The notes below the pieces were generated by a model. It did no database searches. It saw only the letters and a program-made list of their open reading frames with translations, and was not told where the DNA came from. The position numbers and the translations under genes are program-made. DNA of 64,000 nt. Source: Candidatus Marinacidobacterales bacterium (GTDB taxonomy: Bacteria > Acidobacteriota > Vicinamibacteria > Marinacidobacterales > SMYC01). Location of the stretch: NCBI GenBank assembly GCA_965224085.1, contig CBDCYI010000011.1:1637188-1701187 (forward strand), written 5' to 3'. Positions 50,792 to 62,674 of the stretch are shown here, piece after piece; the stretch's first letter is position 1; each line of letters begins with the position of its first letter.

Positions 50792-51709
50792 CTAGCCCGT
50801 CGCTTGGACTCGCTCTAGAACCGCACGCGCACCGCCGCCTCGCAGCTTGTCGATGTCGTCGCGATATTTCAGGAGCGCTCCGAGCGTTTCCTCCACGACG
50901 CTCTCGTCGAGCGATTCTTTATCGAGCGCCACGAGTGCTTCGACCCAGTCCAGGGTTTCAGCAACCCCTGGGACTTTGTAGAGCTCCATCTCACGAAGCT
51001 CTTGAACGAAACGGGTCACTTGGTGAGAAAGCTTCTCGGAAGCGTGTGGAAGCTTGGCGCGCACAATCTCGAGCTCTTTTTGGAAGGTCGGGTAGTCGAT
51101 CCAAAAATAGAGACAGCGCCTCTTGAGCGCGTCGTGCACCTCGCGGGTCCGGTTGGAGGTCACGACGACGAGCGGGCGTTTCTTCGCGCGGATCGTTCCG
51201 ATCTCCGGGATCGTAATCTGGAAATCAGACAGGACCTCCAATAGATAGGCTTCGAACTCTTCGTCGCTGCGGTCGACTTCGTCAATCAGGAGAACAGGAG
51301 CCTTTTTAGCGGAGGGGTCGATGGCCTTCAGAAGCGGCCGAGCGAGAAGGAATTCCGGCCCGAAGAGGTCTTTTTCCTCGAGCTTCTCTCCGCGACTCTC
51401 CGCGAGGCGGATGTGCATCATCTGCCGTGTGTAGTTCCACTCGTAGACGGCCTGATTGACGTCGAGTCCTTCGTAGCATTGAAGCCGGATGAGCTCGGTA
51501 TCGAGAATCTCGGTGAGGACTTTGGCGATCTCGGTCTTCCCGACGCCCGCCTCTCCTTCCAGAAAAAGCGGTCGCTCGAGCTTCAAGGCGAGATAGATCG
51601 CCGTCGCAAGGCCACGATCGGCGATATACAGCTTTTCCCGAAGCTCAGCCTGGAGCGCCTCGATGGATCCGATCGTCAAATCCGTCTCTGCCTGGACCGT
51701 TAAAGTCAT
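50792..51709 (-). CDS. coxD: MoxR-type AAA+ ATPase CoxD
   Basis: GEAGVGKT, LQCYEG, LLIDEVD, DALKRRC. Confidence 0.92.
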   Translation of the reverse strand: MTLTVQAETDLTIGSIEALQAELREKLYIADRGLATAIYLALKLERPLFLEGEAGVGKTEIAKVLTEILDTELIRLQCYEGLDVNQAVYEWNYTRQMMHIRLAESRGEKLEEKDLFGPEFLLARPLLKAIDPSAKKAPVLLIDEVDRSDEEFEAYLLEVLSDFQITIPEIGTIRAKKRPLVVVTSNRTREVHDALKRRCLYFWIDYPTFQKELEIVRAKLPHASEKLSHQVTRFVQELREMELYKVPGVAETLDWVEALVALDKESLDESVVEETLGALLKYRDDIDKLRGGGARAVLERVQATG

Positions 51710-51723
51710 GCCCGAGGGTTTAC

Positions 51724-51749
51724 CCCGCCGAAGCCTTGGCGAAGGCGGG
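51724..51749. repeat. Short REP-like palindrome
   Basis: CCCGCCGAAGCCTTGGCGAAGGCGGG between coxM and coxD. Confidence 0.55.
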
Positions 51750-52622
51750 CTATTTCTGCCGTTTCGCTCGCTTGAACGCCTCTGTGAGCGCCCGGCGGGT
51801 CAATACCGTGGCGAGGTGCGTTCGATATTCTCCGGAAGCATAGATATCTCCAAGCGGAAACTCAATCGCCTCCCCTACAGTCTGCGCGGCATTCTCAATC
51901 ACTTTCGTCGTGGGCGAGTTGCCCACGAGCGCGTCCGCGGCGCTGCTAGCGAGGATCGGGACCGAAGTCGCGCCGCCGATCGCGATCTGGGCGTCACTAC
52001 AAACAGCTTTCTTCAAGCTTACATAAGCAGCTACGCCGACCACGGCGTAGCTCGACGCCGGATGGCGGTGCTTGAGATAGCATGCGCCTTGCCCGGTCTT
52101 CATCGCAGGAACGCTCACTTCGGTCAGCACCTCACTCCGTTTGAGCGCGGTGGTGAAGAGATCGACGAAAAACTTTTCCGCGGCAACCTTCCGCTTACCC
52201 CGGCTTCCGGTGACGGTAATGTCGGCGCCGAGCGCGAGCATGACCGTCGGATAGTCCGCGGCTGGATCAGCATGGGCGAGGCTTCCGCCAATGGTACCGC
52301 GATTGCGCACCTGAATGTCTCCGATGAGCCCCGCGGCCTCGCATAGCACGGCGCAAGCCTTTGCCAGCTCTTTCGAGCTCGCGACGGCCGCGTGCGTCGT
52401 CAGCCCACCGATCTTGACCGTCGACGTCGACGTTTTGATCCCCTCGAGGCTCTTGATGCGGCCGATGTCGATGAGCGCCGACGGAGAGCTGACTCGGAGC
52501 TTCATGGCTGGGAGCAACGAGTGCCCGCCCGCGAGAAGCTTCGCGTCTTTGTTCTTCTTGAGAAGCGCAATCGCGTCTTTCAGTGTCTTCGGCCGGTGGT
52601 AATCGAAACTAGCTGGGTACAT
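51750..52622 (-). CDS. coxM: Molybdenum hydroxylase FAD subunit
   Basis: LAGGHSL.P, QVRNRGTIGGS.AHADP. Confidence 0.92.
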   Translation of the reverse strand: MYPASFDYHRPKTLKDAIALLKKNKDAKLLAGGHSLLPAMKLRVSSPSALIDIGRIKSLEGIKTSTSTVKIGGLTTHAAVASSKELAKACAVLCEAAGLIGDIQVRNRGTIGGSLAHADPAADYPTVMLALGADITVTGSRGKRKVAAEKFFVDLFTTALKRSEVLTEVSVPAMKTGQGACYLKHRHPASSYAVVGVAAYVSLKKAVCSDAQIAIGGATSVPILASSAADALVGNSPTTKVIENAAQTVGEAIEFPLGDIYASGEYRTHLATVLTRRALTEAFKRAKRQK

Positions 52623-52625
52623 GAA

Positions 52626-55012
52626 TCACTCTCCCCCGAAATACTCGACTTTGGCGGTTTTGGCTTTGCCGACCTTTTGCATGGCGCTCCAGATTTTGTC
52701 GGGAGTGAGCGGCATGTCGAGGTGGCGGATGCGTAGAGGCGCTAACGCGTCCATCACCGCGTTCGCGACGGCGACGGTGCTCGCGATCGTGCCCATCTCA
52801 CCCACGCCCTTCACCCCTAGCGGGTTGTGCGGCGAAGGTGTCTCGATACGATCAATCTCGAACTTGGGAAACGCACCGGCGCGCGGCATCGCATACTCCA
52901 TGAGCGAGCCCGTGAGCAGCTGACCGCCTTCGTCGTAGACGCCTTGCTCCAATAGTGCTTGACCAACGCCCTGCGCGATCCCGCCCTGAATCTGAGCTTC
53001 CACGAGCATGGGGTTGATGACGTTGCCGACATCATCGACCGCGATGTAGCGCTGCAGCTCGACCTCCCCCGTCTCCGGATCGATCTCGATTTGAACGATG
53101 TGAGCGCTATTCGGGAACGTGAAGTTGGCCGGGTCGTAGAACGAGGTCTCCTCGAGCCCAGGCTCGAGACCTTCGGGAAGGTTGTGGGCGCTGTAGCTCG
53201 CGAAGGCAAGCTCGGCGAAGGGCTTGGATTTATCGGGCGAGCCCTTGACGTAGACTTTGCCTTCGCCCTGGTCGTAGACCATATCCTCTTCGGCCGCTTC
53301 GAGCTGATGCGCGGCGATCTTGATGAGCTTCGCGCGAATCTTCTCCGCACTCTTTACCAACGCGCTTCCACCCACGGCGGCGCTTCGGCTGCCATAGGTG
53401 CCCATGCCGAAGGGCATGCGCCCCGTATCACCGTGCACGACCTCGATGTCCGCGATGTCCACGCCGAGCTCATCGGCGACGATCTGGGCGAACGTCGTTT
53501 CGTGACCCTGGCCGTGCGAGTGCGAGCCGGTCAGCACCGTGACTTTGCTGGTGGGGTGGACGCGGACGACACCACTCTCCCAAAAACCGACCGCGGCGCC
53601 CAGCGCGCCGGCCACCGCCGAAGGAGCGGGCCCGCTCGCCTCGATGCAACCGGAGACCCCAATGCCAACAAGCCGTCCATGGTCGCGCGCGGCCACCTGG
53701 TCGGCGCGCATTTTAGGGTAATCCGCGAGACTCGTCGCTTTTTCGAAAAGCGCGTGATAGTCGCCGCTGTCGTACTGAAGAGCCACGGGAGTCTGATACG
53801 GGAACTCGTCCTTTCCGATGAAATTCCTCTTGCGGATCTCGACGGGGTCGATGCCGAGCTCGTGGGCGGTCACAGCGACCAGACGTTCGACCACATAAGC
53901 AGCTTCCGGCCGTCCGGCGCCGCGATAGGCATCCACCGGCACCGTATTCGTCAGCGTCCCCCACACTTCGCCCCAGATGCCCTTCATCCGGTAGAGCCCG
54001 GCAAAAAGTGTGATGTAGAAGGCCGTCGGGATGAGAGGCCCGAACGTCGAAAGATAGGCGCCCATGTTCGCCCAAGTGGACACGTGCAGTCCCGTGATTT
54101 CCCCGTCTTTCTTGAGCGCCATCCGCGCAACGGTCAAGTGGTCCCGCCCCTGAGAATCCGTCACCGAAGACTCGGACCGCGTCGCGACCCACTTCGCCGG
54201 ACGATTGAGGGTGCGCGCGACGAACGGGGTGATGATCTCTTCAGGATAGTGAGGGATCTTGCTGCCGAACCCGCCGCCCACATCGGGGGAGATGACGCGA
54301 AGCCGGTTCTCTGGAATACCGAGCGTGAACGCGCTCAAGAGAAGCCGGAGGGGCTGTGGATTTTGACTCGTCGTCCAAAGGATCATCTCTTCGGTCGTGT
54401 GGTTCCACTGCGCGACACAGGCGCGGGGCTCGATCGCGTTCGCGATGAGCCGCTGATTCGTTAGCTCCAGCTCCACGATGTGGTCGGCCTCCTCGAACGC
54501 CTTGTCGCACGCCTCCTTGTCACCGAGGGCCCACTCGTAGCTCGTGTTCTCCGGAATGTCATCGTGAACGAGGGGGGCGCCCAAATCTGCAGTCTGGCGG
54601 GCGTCGATGACCACATCGAGCGGCTCGTAGCTGACGTCGATGAGCTCGACAGCATCGGCCGCGATGTAAGGGTCCTCGGCCACGACGACGGCGACGCCGT
54701 CACCAACGTGCCTGGCTTTGTCGACTGTCAGCGCGTAGTGCGTCGGCGTTTTGAGGTTGGGCACATTCCACCCGCAAGGCAGCGGCCCGCAACCGCCATC
54801 CAAGAGATCCTGCCCCGTGAAGACCGCAACGACTCCGGGAAGAGCTTTGGCCTTCTTGATGTTGATCTTCTTGATCTTGGCGTGCCCGTAGGGGCTTCTC
54901 TTGATGGCGAGATGGAGCATCCCGGGCATGCTGATGTTCGCGACGTAGCTTCCTTTCCCCTGGATGAAACGCGGATCTTCGACACGCTTGACGCTCGAAC
55001 CTACGTAACCCA

Positions 55013-55013
<1 letters not shown>
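52626..55013 (-). CDS. coxL: Molybdenum hydroxylase large subunit, form II CODH-like
   Basis: VGGGFGSK, AYRGAGRPEA, GQGHETTF, GTYGSRS, KGVGE. Confidence 0.92.
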
Positions 55014-55516
<503 letters not shown>

Positions 55517-55650
55517 AAAGGTCTCCTCTAGACTCTGGAGTGTAAGAAGGACTCGAAAGGCATTGAAATCAGGTTTGTGAGAACGCTATCGCCAGCGGCG
55601 AGTGCGATGCGGCAGAGATTACTACAGGTAGGGTTCGCGGTGCTAGCTAG

Positions 55651-57332
55651 TACCCGTCCTGACAGGTGTAAGAGGTTGAGAAAAAAGGGGTAATCGCAAA
55701 TTTAGGGCTAGCCTTCTGAGGGAGTGTCGTTTAGTATCGAGTCGACAAAAACGCAGATTCTAAACGACTTAACTCCAAAGGAGACCAGCCCTAAATGCGA
55801 AAAACGATCAACCCACAACCAAGCCTTCGCGAGCCCTGGCTGGAGCTGGAGCACGCACGCGAACTCGAAACGATATCATCGCTGCTCGATGCCCATCCTA
55901 AGCTCAATGAGCTGGTACTGCAAGACCTGAGGTCGGTCACCCCATCGGCAGGGAGCGATGTTGGTCGTGGGGGAATGAGCGCGGAGCAGGTTCTCCGGGC
56001 GTTGTTGGTCAAGCAGCTGAATCAGTTCACCTATCGGGAGCTGGCGTTTCACTTGGCAGACTCTCGAAGCTATCGGACGTTTTGCCAGCTCGGCATCATA
56101 GAGCCGAGCCCGTCGAAGTCGACCCTAGCAGCAAACATCAAAGCCGTGAAGTTCGAAACGCTGGAGAAAATCAACCGAGAGTTGGTGAGTGTTGCCGAGA
56201 AGACCGCGATCGAAAAAGGAAGAAAAGTACGAGTGGACTGCACGGTAGTGGAGTCGAATATTCATTCTCCTACGGACTCCGAGCTTCTTTATGACTGCGT
56301 CCGAGTTCTCACTCGCCTCATGTGCCGAACTCGCGAACTGCTGGGTACAGTAGTGGTCTTCGGCAATCGAACGCGTCGAGCGAAGAGACGTCGACTGGGA
56401 GTTCTAAACGCGAAGGATAAGGAACAAAGGCGTCGCGTCTATCGAGATCTACTGAAGGTGTCGGAAGAAACCTATCGCTCCGCTCAACGCGTTGCAGACC
56501 AGTTGGACGAGTCCGGCTTGACCGAGCCGGTGAAGCGAGCGAGTGCGGAGAAGATCGCCGCGGATTTTAAGCACTTTCTCGTCCTCACCGAAAAAGTCAT
56601 CAACCAAACTCGGCGTAGAGTGATTGATGAAGAGCGTGTGCCTGCGGAGGAAAAGGTCGTTTCGATCTTCGAAGAACACACCGACATTATTCGCAAAGAC
56701 CGGCGCGAGACTCTCTACGGTCACAAGGTGTGTTTGACTGGTGGCTCGTCCTCGATGATTTTGGATTGCGTGATCTTGGATGGGAATCCGTCCGATTCAA
56801 CTCTCGCGGAAACCATGATCGACCGTCAAGTCGAACTCTACGAACGGGCCCCGCGCCAGGTTGCCTACGATGGCGCGTTTTCTTCAAAGGCAAACTTGGA
56901 AGCCATCAAAGGCAAGGGAGTTGAAGATGTTGCCTTTACCAAGGCTCACTTCGCGGTGACCGATATGGTCAAGAGTTCCTGGGTCTATCAACGCCTACGG
57001 CGATTTCGCTGCGGAATCGAAGGCGTCATTTCGTTCTTGAAACGAGTCTTTGGTCTCGACCGATGCACATGGCGCTCATTGCCTTCTTTCAAATCCTACG
57101 TATGGAGTTCCATCATCACCTGCAACCTGTTGGTAATGGCAAGGCACCTATTACGATAATAATGATTGCTCTTACTGCGTTTATAGCCATGGATTGCTGA
57201 CGATTCGCCTCTCGTTTCGTCCAAGATTTTCATTCGCTTCCGAGCCTACGAGGTGCCGACTGAAAACGTATAATACCCACATCTTCGATAGGCCTCTCGT
57301 ACACCACAAGTTATGGTGTTTCTGGACAGGAA
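55651..57332 (+). mobile_element. ISNCY-type IS, copy A (1682 bp between CTAG motifs)
   Basis: Imperfect terminal IRs TACCCGTCCTGA / TCTGGACAGGAA; inverted second copy at 59370. Confidence 0.92.
55795..57159 (+). CDS. ISNCY-family DDE transposase
   Basis: RVDCTVVESNIHSPTDS, YDGAF, FRCGIEGVIS. Confidence 0.92.
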   Translation: MRKTINPQPSLREPWLELEHARELETISSLLDAHPKLNELVLQDLRSVTPSAGSDVGRGGMSAEQVLRALLVKQLNQFTYRELAFHLADSRSYRTFCQLGIIEPSPSKSTLAANIKAVKFETLEKINRELVSVAEKTAIEKGRKVRVDCTVVESNIHSPTDSELLYDCVRVLTRLMCRTRELLGTVVVFGNRTRRAKRRRLGVLNAKDKEQRRRVYRDLLKVSEETYRSAQRVADQLDESGLTEPVKRASAEKIAADFKHFLVLTEKVINQTRRRVIDEERVPAEEKVVSIFEEHTDIIRKDRRETLYGHKVCLTGGSSSMILDCVILDGNPSDSTLAETMIDRQVELYERAPRQVAYDGAFSSKANLEAIKGKGVEDVAFTKAHFAVTDMVKSSWVYQRLRRFRCGIEGVISFLKRVFGLDRCTWRSLPSFKSYVWSSIITCNLLVMARHLLR

Positions 57333-57524
57333 CTAGCTAGAGCCTGTTGCAAAACGTAACCGCTTTCACCGTTGGTTTCAATCCGCGTCCAATCGGGCAG
57401 CTGACAGATCTGTGATTTGCCGGCGCCAAACGCGCCTGGATCGATCCGCAAGAATTTTCCCAACTATTTTGTATTTGGTCGTTTTTTTCTTGACTTGTAG
57501 CCTAAGGGATGATATTTATTAGGC

Positions 57525-58965
57525 GTTATAGGGACCGTTACCAGGCAGTCCGCCCTCTTCTACGTCAACTTCTCCAAACAGGCGTCGCTCATCAAGGATG
57601 ATCTACTCGAACCCGTCGACACGCTCCTCGAGGACCCCGAGCTGATAGAACTGACGAGAGAATCGCTCGCTGGTCGTTTCCCGCTCTCACCGCGTACCGG
57701 CCGGGTGAGTATCGCGCCTGACCGCTTGCTCCGCAGCTGTGTACTCAAGCACATCAAAGGATGGTCCTTCCGAGTCCTCGAGCGGGAGATCCGTTCTAGC
57801 CTCGTGTATCGGCGCTTCACTCGCTTCGACGACGATTCGATTCCCAACTACTCCACATTCAGTCGCAACTTTTCCCTACTCGGTGATGCGTTCGTAGAGA
57901 AAATCCATGCCCGTGTGGTCGCTCAGGCTCGAGACGAAAAGGTGGCTACGGGACGCAAGTTACGCACGGATACGACGGTAGTGGAGAGCAACATCCATTA
58001 CCCCACAGATAGCTCACTGCTTGCCGATGGCATCCGGGTGCTCACCCGTAGTCTGAAGTGTATTGCAAAGGCTTGTGCTCAAGGTGCGCTCAAGGTGGTG
58101 GACCACAGCCGATCAACGAAAAACAGGCAGCTTGAGATCGACCGCGCCAGCAAGTCGTTCACCGAATCGAGCCAAGTCAAGTTCAAGCAAAGTTATCGCA
58201 AGCTCATGGGCACGGCGCGCAGCGTGGTCCGGCAAGCCGACGAGGTTATTCAGTCGCTCAAGAGCGGAAAGCTTCCGGTCGTGGGTTCGCTGGTGAGCAT
58301 CATAAGCAATCAGAGCCAACTCGAACATTATCTGCCACTGTGCAAAAAGGTGTTAGCTCAGACAAAGGCCCGTGTTTTAGGGGGCCATCGTCACCATCCG
58401 GACAAGATCGTCAGCCTGTTCGAGGAGCATACGGCCGTGATCCGAAAAGGCAAAACATGGAAGCCGACCGAGTTTGGACGACTCGTGCGAATTGATGAGG
58501 TGGAGAACGGCATTGTTAGCCACTACGAAGTTGCCGCAGGCAATCCGGCGGACCAAACTCAGTGGATGCCCGCGCTGGAGCAACACAAAAAACAGTTCGC
58601 TCGTGCGCCGGAGATGGCGACCGCTGACCGCGGATTCTTTTCGGCAGACAATGAACGCAAGGCCATAGATCTCGGTGTAAAGAAAGTGGTGTTGCCGGCT
58701 CGAGGACGACCCTCGAAAAAACGAGCCAAGGTTCAAAAAAAGCGCTGGTTCCGTCGAGCCCTCAAGTGGCGCGGGGGCGTCGAGTCCCGCATCAGCACCC
58801 TCAAGCACCGCTTCGCTATGCTTCGCGCCACCTACAAGGGCGACCGAGGATTCAAGCGTTACGTCGGGTGGTGCGTTATCAGCCAAAACCTCATATCGAT
58901 CGCTCGAGTCAAGCGGCGAAGAAAGGACAGCGAAAATGCCGAACCCTTCATTCCGATCCACGTAA
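57525..58965 (+). CDS. DDE transposase; start and end inferred (no canonical start, indel near the 3' end)
   Basis: Frame open from VIGTVTRQ; RTDTTVVESNIHYPTDS, TADRGF, WRGGVESRIS. Confidence 0.8.
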
Positions 58966-59281
58966 ACGTCGGGACCAGCTCCTACAACAGATTCAACAAT
59001 ATGCGCGAAGGGCGATCTTCGGCACACCCTCCGAAACCTATCGTACCTGCGGTACGCCCACTTGTCGGTGCCACGGGCCCGGGCCAAAGCATGGCCCTCA
59101 CCTCTATATCAATTTTCGTGGCAAGCACGGCAAGACTACCGGCTACTATGTGCCCCAAGCCGCACACAAGCGTATCCGCGAAGGCGTCGCCGCATGGCAG
59201 AGCTTGCAGGATTGTCTGCGAGAACTCGCGGACATCAACAAGCAAAATACGCTCGACCGTGCCCGACAGGCGCGTTCCTAA
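58936..59281 (+). pseudogene. DUF6788-like Cys/His protein, frameshifted after its ATG
   Basis: TYRTCGTPTCRCH...KHGPHLY...YVP; ATG 58936 frame hits TAA at 58963. Confidence 0.7.
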
Positions 59282-59369
59282 CAAGCAGTACAACCAACGG
59301 CCTCACTCCTGTGCTCAAACAAATGAACGCCTTGACGCTAAACGGGCTTTTGCAACAGCCTCTAGCTAG

Positions 59370-61051
59370 TTCCTGTCCAGAAACACCATAACTTGTGGTG
59401 TACGAGAGGCCTATCGAAGATGTGGGTATTATACGTTTTCAGTCGGCACCTCGTAGGCTCGGAAGCGAATGAAAATCTTGGACGAAACGAGAGGCGAATC
59501 GTCAGCAATCCATGGCTATAAACGCAGTAAGAGCAATCATTATTATCGTAATAGGTGCCTTGCCATTACCAACAGGTTGCAGGTGATGATGGAACTCCAT
59601 ACGTAGGATTTGAAAGAAGGCAATGAGCGCCATGTGCATCGGTCGAGACCAAAGACTCGTTTCAAGAACGAAATGACGCCTTCGATTCCGCAGCGAAATC
59701 GCCGTAGGCGTTGATAGACCCAGGAACTCTTGACCATATCGGTCACCGCGAAGTGAGCCTTGGTAAAGGCAACATCTTCAACTCCCTTGCCTTTGATGGC
59801 TTCCAAGTTTGCCTTTGAAGAAAACGCGCCATCGTAGGCAACCTGGCGCGGGGCCCGTTCGTAGAGTTCGACTTGACGGTCGATCATGGTTTCCGCGAGA
59901 GTTGAATCGGACGGATTCCCATCCAAGATCACGCAATCCAAAATCATCGAGGACGAGCCACCAGTCAAACACACCTTGTGACCGTAGAGAGTCTCGCGCC
60001 GGTCTTTGCGAATAATGTCGGTGTGTTCTTCGAAGATCGAAACGACCTTTTCCTCCGCAGGCACACGCTCTTCATCAATCACTCTACGCCGAGTTTGGTT
60101 GATGACTTTTTCGGTGAGGACGAGAAAGTGCTTAAAATCCGCGGCGATCTTCTCCGCACTCGCTCGCTTCACCGGCTCGGTCAAGCCGGACTCGTCCAAC
60201 TGGTCTGCAACGCGTTGAGCGGAGCGATAGGTTTCTTCCGACACCTTCAGTAGATCTCGATAGACGCGACGCCTTTGTTCCTTATCCTTCGCGTTTAGAA
60301 CTCCCAGTCGACGTCTCTTCGCTCGACGCGTTCGATTGCCGAAGACCACTACTGTACCCAGCAGTTCGCGAGTTCGGCACATGAGGCGAGTGAGAACTCG
60401 GACGCAGTCATAAAGAAGCTCGGAGTCCGTAGGAGAATGAATATTCGACTCCACTACCGTGCAGTCCACTCGTACTTTTCTTCCTTTTTCGATCGCGGTC
60501 TTCTCGGCAACACTCACCAACTCTCGGTTGATTTTCTCCAGCGTTTCGAACTTCACGGCTTTGATGTTTGCTGCTAGGGTCGACTTCGACGGGCTCGGCT
60601 CTATGATGCCGAGCTGGCAAAACGTCCGATAGCTTCGAGAGTCTGCCAAGTGAAACGCCAGCTCCCGATAGGTGAACTGATTCAGCTGCTTGACCAACAA
60701 CGCCCGGAGAACCTGCTCCGCGCTCATTCCCCCACGACCAACATCGCTCCCTGCCGATGGGGTGACCGACCTCAGGTCTTGCAGTACCAGCTCATTCAGC
60801 TTAGGATGGGCATCGAGCAGCGATGATATCGTTTCGAGCTCGCGTGCGTGCTCCAGCTCCAGCCAGGGCTCGCGAAGGCTTGGTTGTGGGTTGATCGTTT
60901 TTCGCATTTAGGGCTGGTCTCCTTTGGAGTTAAGTCGTTTAGAATCTGCGTTTTTGTCGACTCGATACTAAACGACACTCCCTCAGAAGGCTAGCCCTAA
61001 ATTTGCGATTACCCCTTTTTTCTCAACCTCTTACACCTGTCAGGACGGGTA
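59370..61051 (-). mobile_element. ISNCY-type IS, inverted copy A'
   Basis: Reverse complement of 55651-57332; two synonymous differences noticed near the 5' end of the transposase. Confidence 0.92.
59543..60907 (-). CDS. ISNCY-family DDE transposase
   Basis: Protein identical to 55795-57159. Confidence 0.92.
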   Translation of the reverse strand: MRKTINPQPSLREPWLELEHARELETISSLLDAHPKLNELVLQDLRSVTPSAGSDVGRGGMSAEQVLRALLVKQLNQFTYRELAFHLADSRSYRTFCQLGIIEPSPSKSTLAANIKAVKFETLEKINRELVSVAEKTAIEKGRKVRVDCTVVESNIHSPTDSELLYDCVRVLTRLMCRTRELLGTVVVFGNRTRRAKRRRLGVLNAKDKEQRRRVYRDLLKVSEETYRSAQRVADQLDESGLTEPVKRASAEKIAADFKHFLVLTEKVINQTRRRVIDEERVPAEEKVVSIFEEHTDIIRKDRRETLYGHKVCLTGGSSSMILDCVILDGNPSDSTLAETMIDRQVELYERAPRQVAYDGAFSSKANLEAIKGKGVEDVAFTKAHFAVTDMVKSSWVYQRLRRFRCGIEGVISFLKRVFGLDRCTWRSLPSFKSYVWSSIITCNLLVMARHLLR

Positions 61052-61099
61052 CTAGCGAACTACGAAGTCGCTACGCCGGGCTATTTCCGCGCGATGGGC

Positions 61100-61490
61100 A
61101 TTCGTGCTCTTGGAGGGTCGAACCTTGCGCCGAGGGCGAGGCGTATACCAAACTCTTGCACGCGCTGGCCAGCGCTGTAGGAGATGACGCCGTAGAGGCC
61201 AATCGCCGCGACCATGACGGCCACGACGGCGAAGATGCCGAGAAGCGTCAGGGCCGAAATGCGTCGGCGCCATCACTGCCGTGAGATAGGCGCTCATCGC
61301 GCGCACGCCCTGGACCGGCTGCGCGCGATTGAGCTCGGCGACTTCCTTACGGAGCAGGACCCCATGGCCCTTTTGACCGACATTGCCGCCGCGGTTCATT
61401 CGGTGGACGAAGCACAGCCGCTCGACAACTTCCGCACGATGGAGTCCGTCGTCGCGCGGGAGATCGGACCGTGGCGCTTCAATGCTGCTG
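61100..61490. pseudogene. ADOP-type ABC permease C-terminal fragments on both strands
   Basis: Minus: LGIFAVVA...GLYGVISYS..QR..EFGIRLALGA. Plus: DEAQPLDNFRTME.VV. Confidence 0.65.
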
Positions 61491-61559
61491 AAAAGCTGCC
61501 GAGAGTACGGCGAGTTCGCCCCCGCGCTTGCGCGAAGTCGGCGTCTTTTGCGAGGCGCG

Positions 61560-62239
61560 CTACGACGGTGAAGATGCGCCAGCCGCGGCGAAGCTCGTCG
61601 TAGCTACCGCCCCAGGGCACCCACGCCGACAGCTCTTCGGGGAACACCTGCATCCGGAGGCAGGAGCAAGCGGAAACCCTCGGGCATCACCCCGACGACC
61701 GTGTGCGGCACGTCGTCCATATCCACGGTCTTGCCGACGATGTCGCGATCGCCGCCGTAGCGACGCTGCCACAAACCGTGGCTCAGCACGATGACGGTAG
61801 GTCCGTTCGGAACGTCTTCGTCGGCGGCGACGAAACGTCCAAGCGCCGGGCTCACACCGAGGGTCCGCAAGAAGCCTTGCGAAATGAAGCCCATGTCGAT
61901 CTCTTCAGGATCGGAAGCGTCGTCGGTCAGCGCTGCCGGGCGGTACCAGATACCGCCGACAGACCTGAAGGCGGTCGTATCGTCGCGATAAGCGACAAGC
62001 TCCGGCCCGGAGCTCGCGGGACGAGCGCTATCTTGGCGCGGCAGCTCGGTGTGAATAACACCGAGTCGGTCAGGCTCTGGATAGGGGAGCGGCTTCAACA
62101 ACACGCCGTCGATCACCGAAAAGATCGCCACGTTGGCGCCTATGCCGAGCGCCAGGGTGGCTACGACGACGAGGGCGAAGCCTGGACGCCGTTTCCAGGA
62201 ACGAAGGGCGATGCGAAGATCCTGCGCCAGTGTCTCCAT
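61560..62239 (-). pseudogene. ADOP-type ABC permease, N-terminal fragment only
   Basis: METLAQDLRIALRS...LALGIGAN.AIFSV..GVLLKPLPY; frameshift and truncation after about 200 codons. Confidence 0.85.
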
Positions 62240-62317
62240 GACGGTCTCCTGTGAGCGTGCTATCCTGAAAGGGATCCCCCAACAGTCGAATCTACCCAAG
62301 CTCTCTCAGGAGGCCCT

Positions 62318-62674
62318 GTGGTCAAGCGGAAAAACTTTCCGGCGGTTAAAGCACTCTTGTGCATGTTGGTCGTCTCGGTGAGCTGCGGCTTCTTCGCCGA
62401 ATTCGAGAAGCAAGTCGTCGAAGATATCAAAGATAATCCAGTGATTCGCAGGCACATCGGAACCATCGACTCCATCGACATCGATTGGTCCAAGACGGGC
62501 GAAGAGCCAGGTGAGAACGTGTTCGTTTTCGAGATTAGCGGCCCTAACGGAGAGGGGACGCTCACGGCGGAGTGCATCACCGTCGACGCCGAGCATGAAG
62601 ACGTCGTTTCGGGTACGCTGCGTCTTGCATCCGGCAAAGAATTCAATTTGTTCCCGATGGCCGGGGACTACTAA
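62318..62674 (+). CDS. Small hypothetical lipoprotein
   Basis: VSVSC lipobox, acidic globular region. Confidence 0.65.
   Translation: MVKRKNFPAVKALLCMLVVSVSCGFFAEFEKQVVEDIKDNPVIRRHIGTIDSIDIDWSKTGEEPGENVFVFEISGPNGEGTLTAECITVDAEHEDVVSGTLRLASGKEFNLFPMAGDY

Larger units (their letters stand above)
57341..59361 (+). mobile_element. Second ISNCY/IS5-like element with a passenger gene
   Basis: Terminal IRs AGCCTGTTGCAAAA / TTTTGCAACAGCCT; CTAGCTAG on both sides. Confidence 0.9.

Noticed and set aside
55651-61051. Cargo-carrying composite transposon
   Set aside because: The interior is entirely another IS with its own terminal repeats; no host cargo
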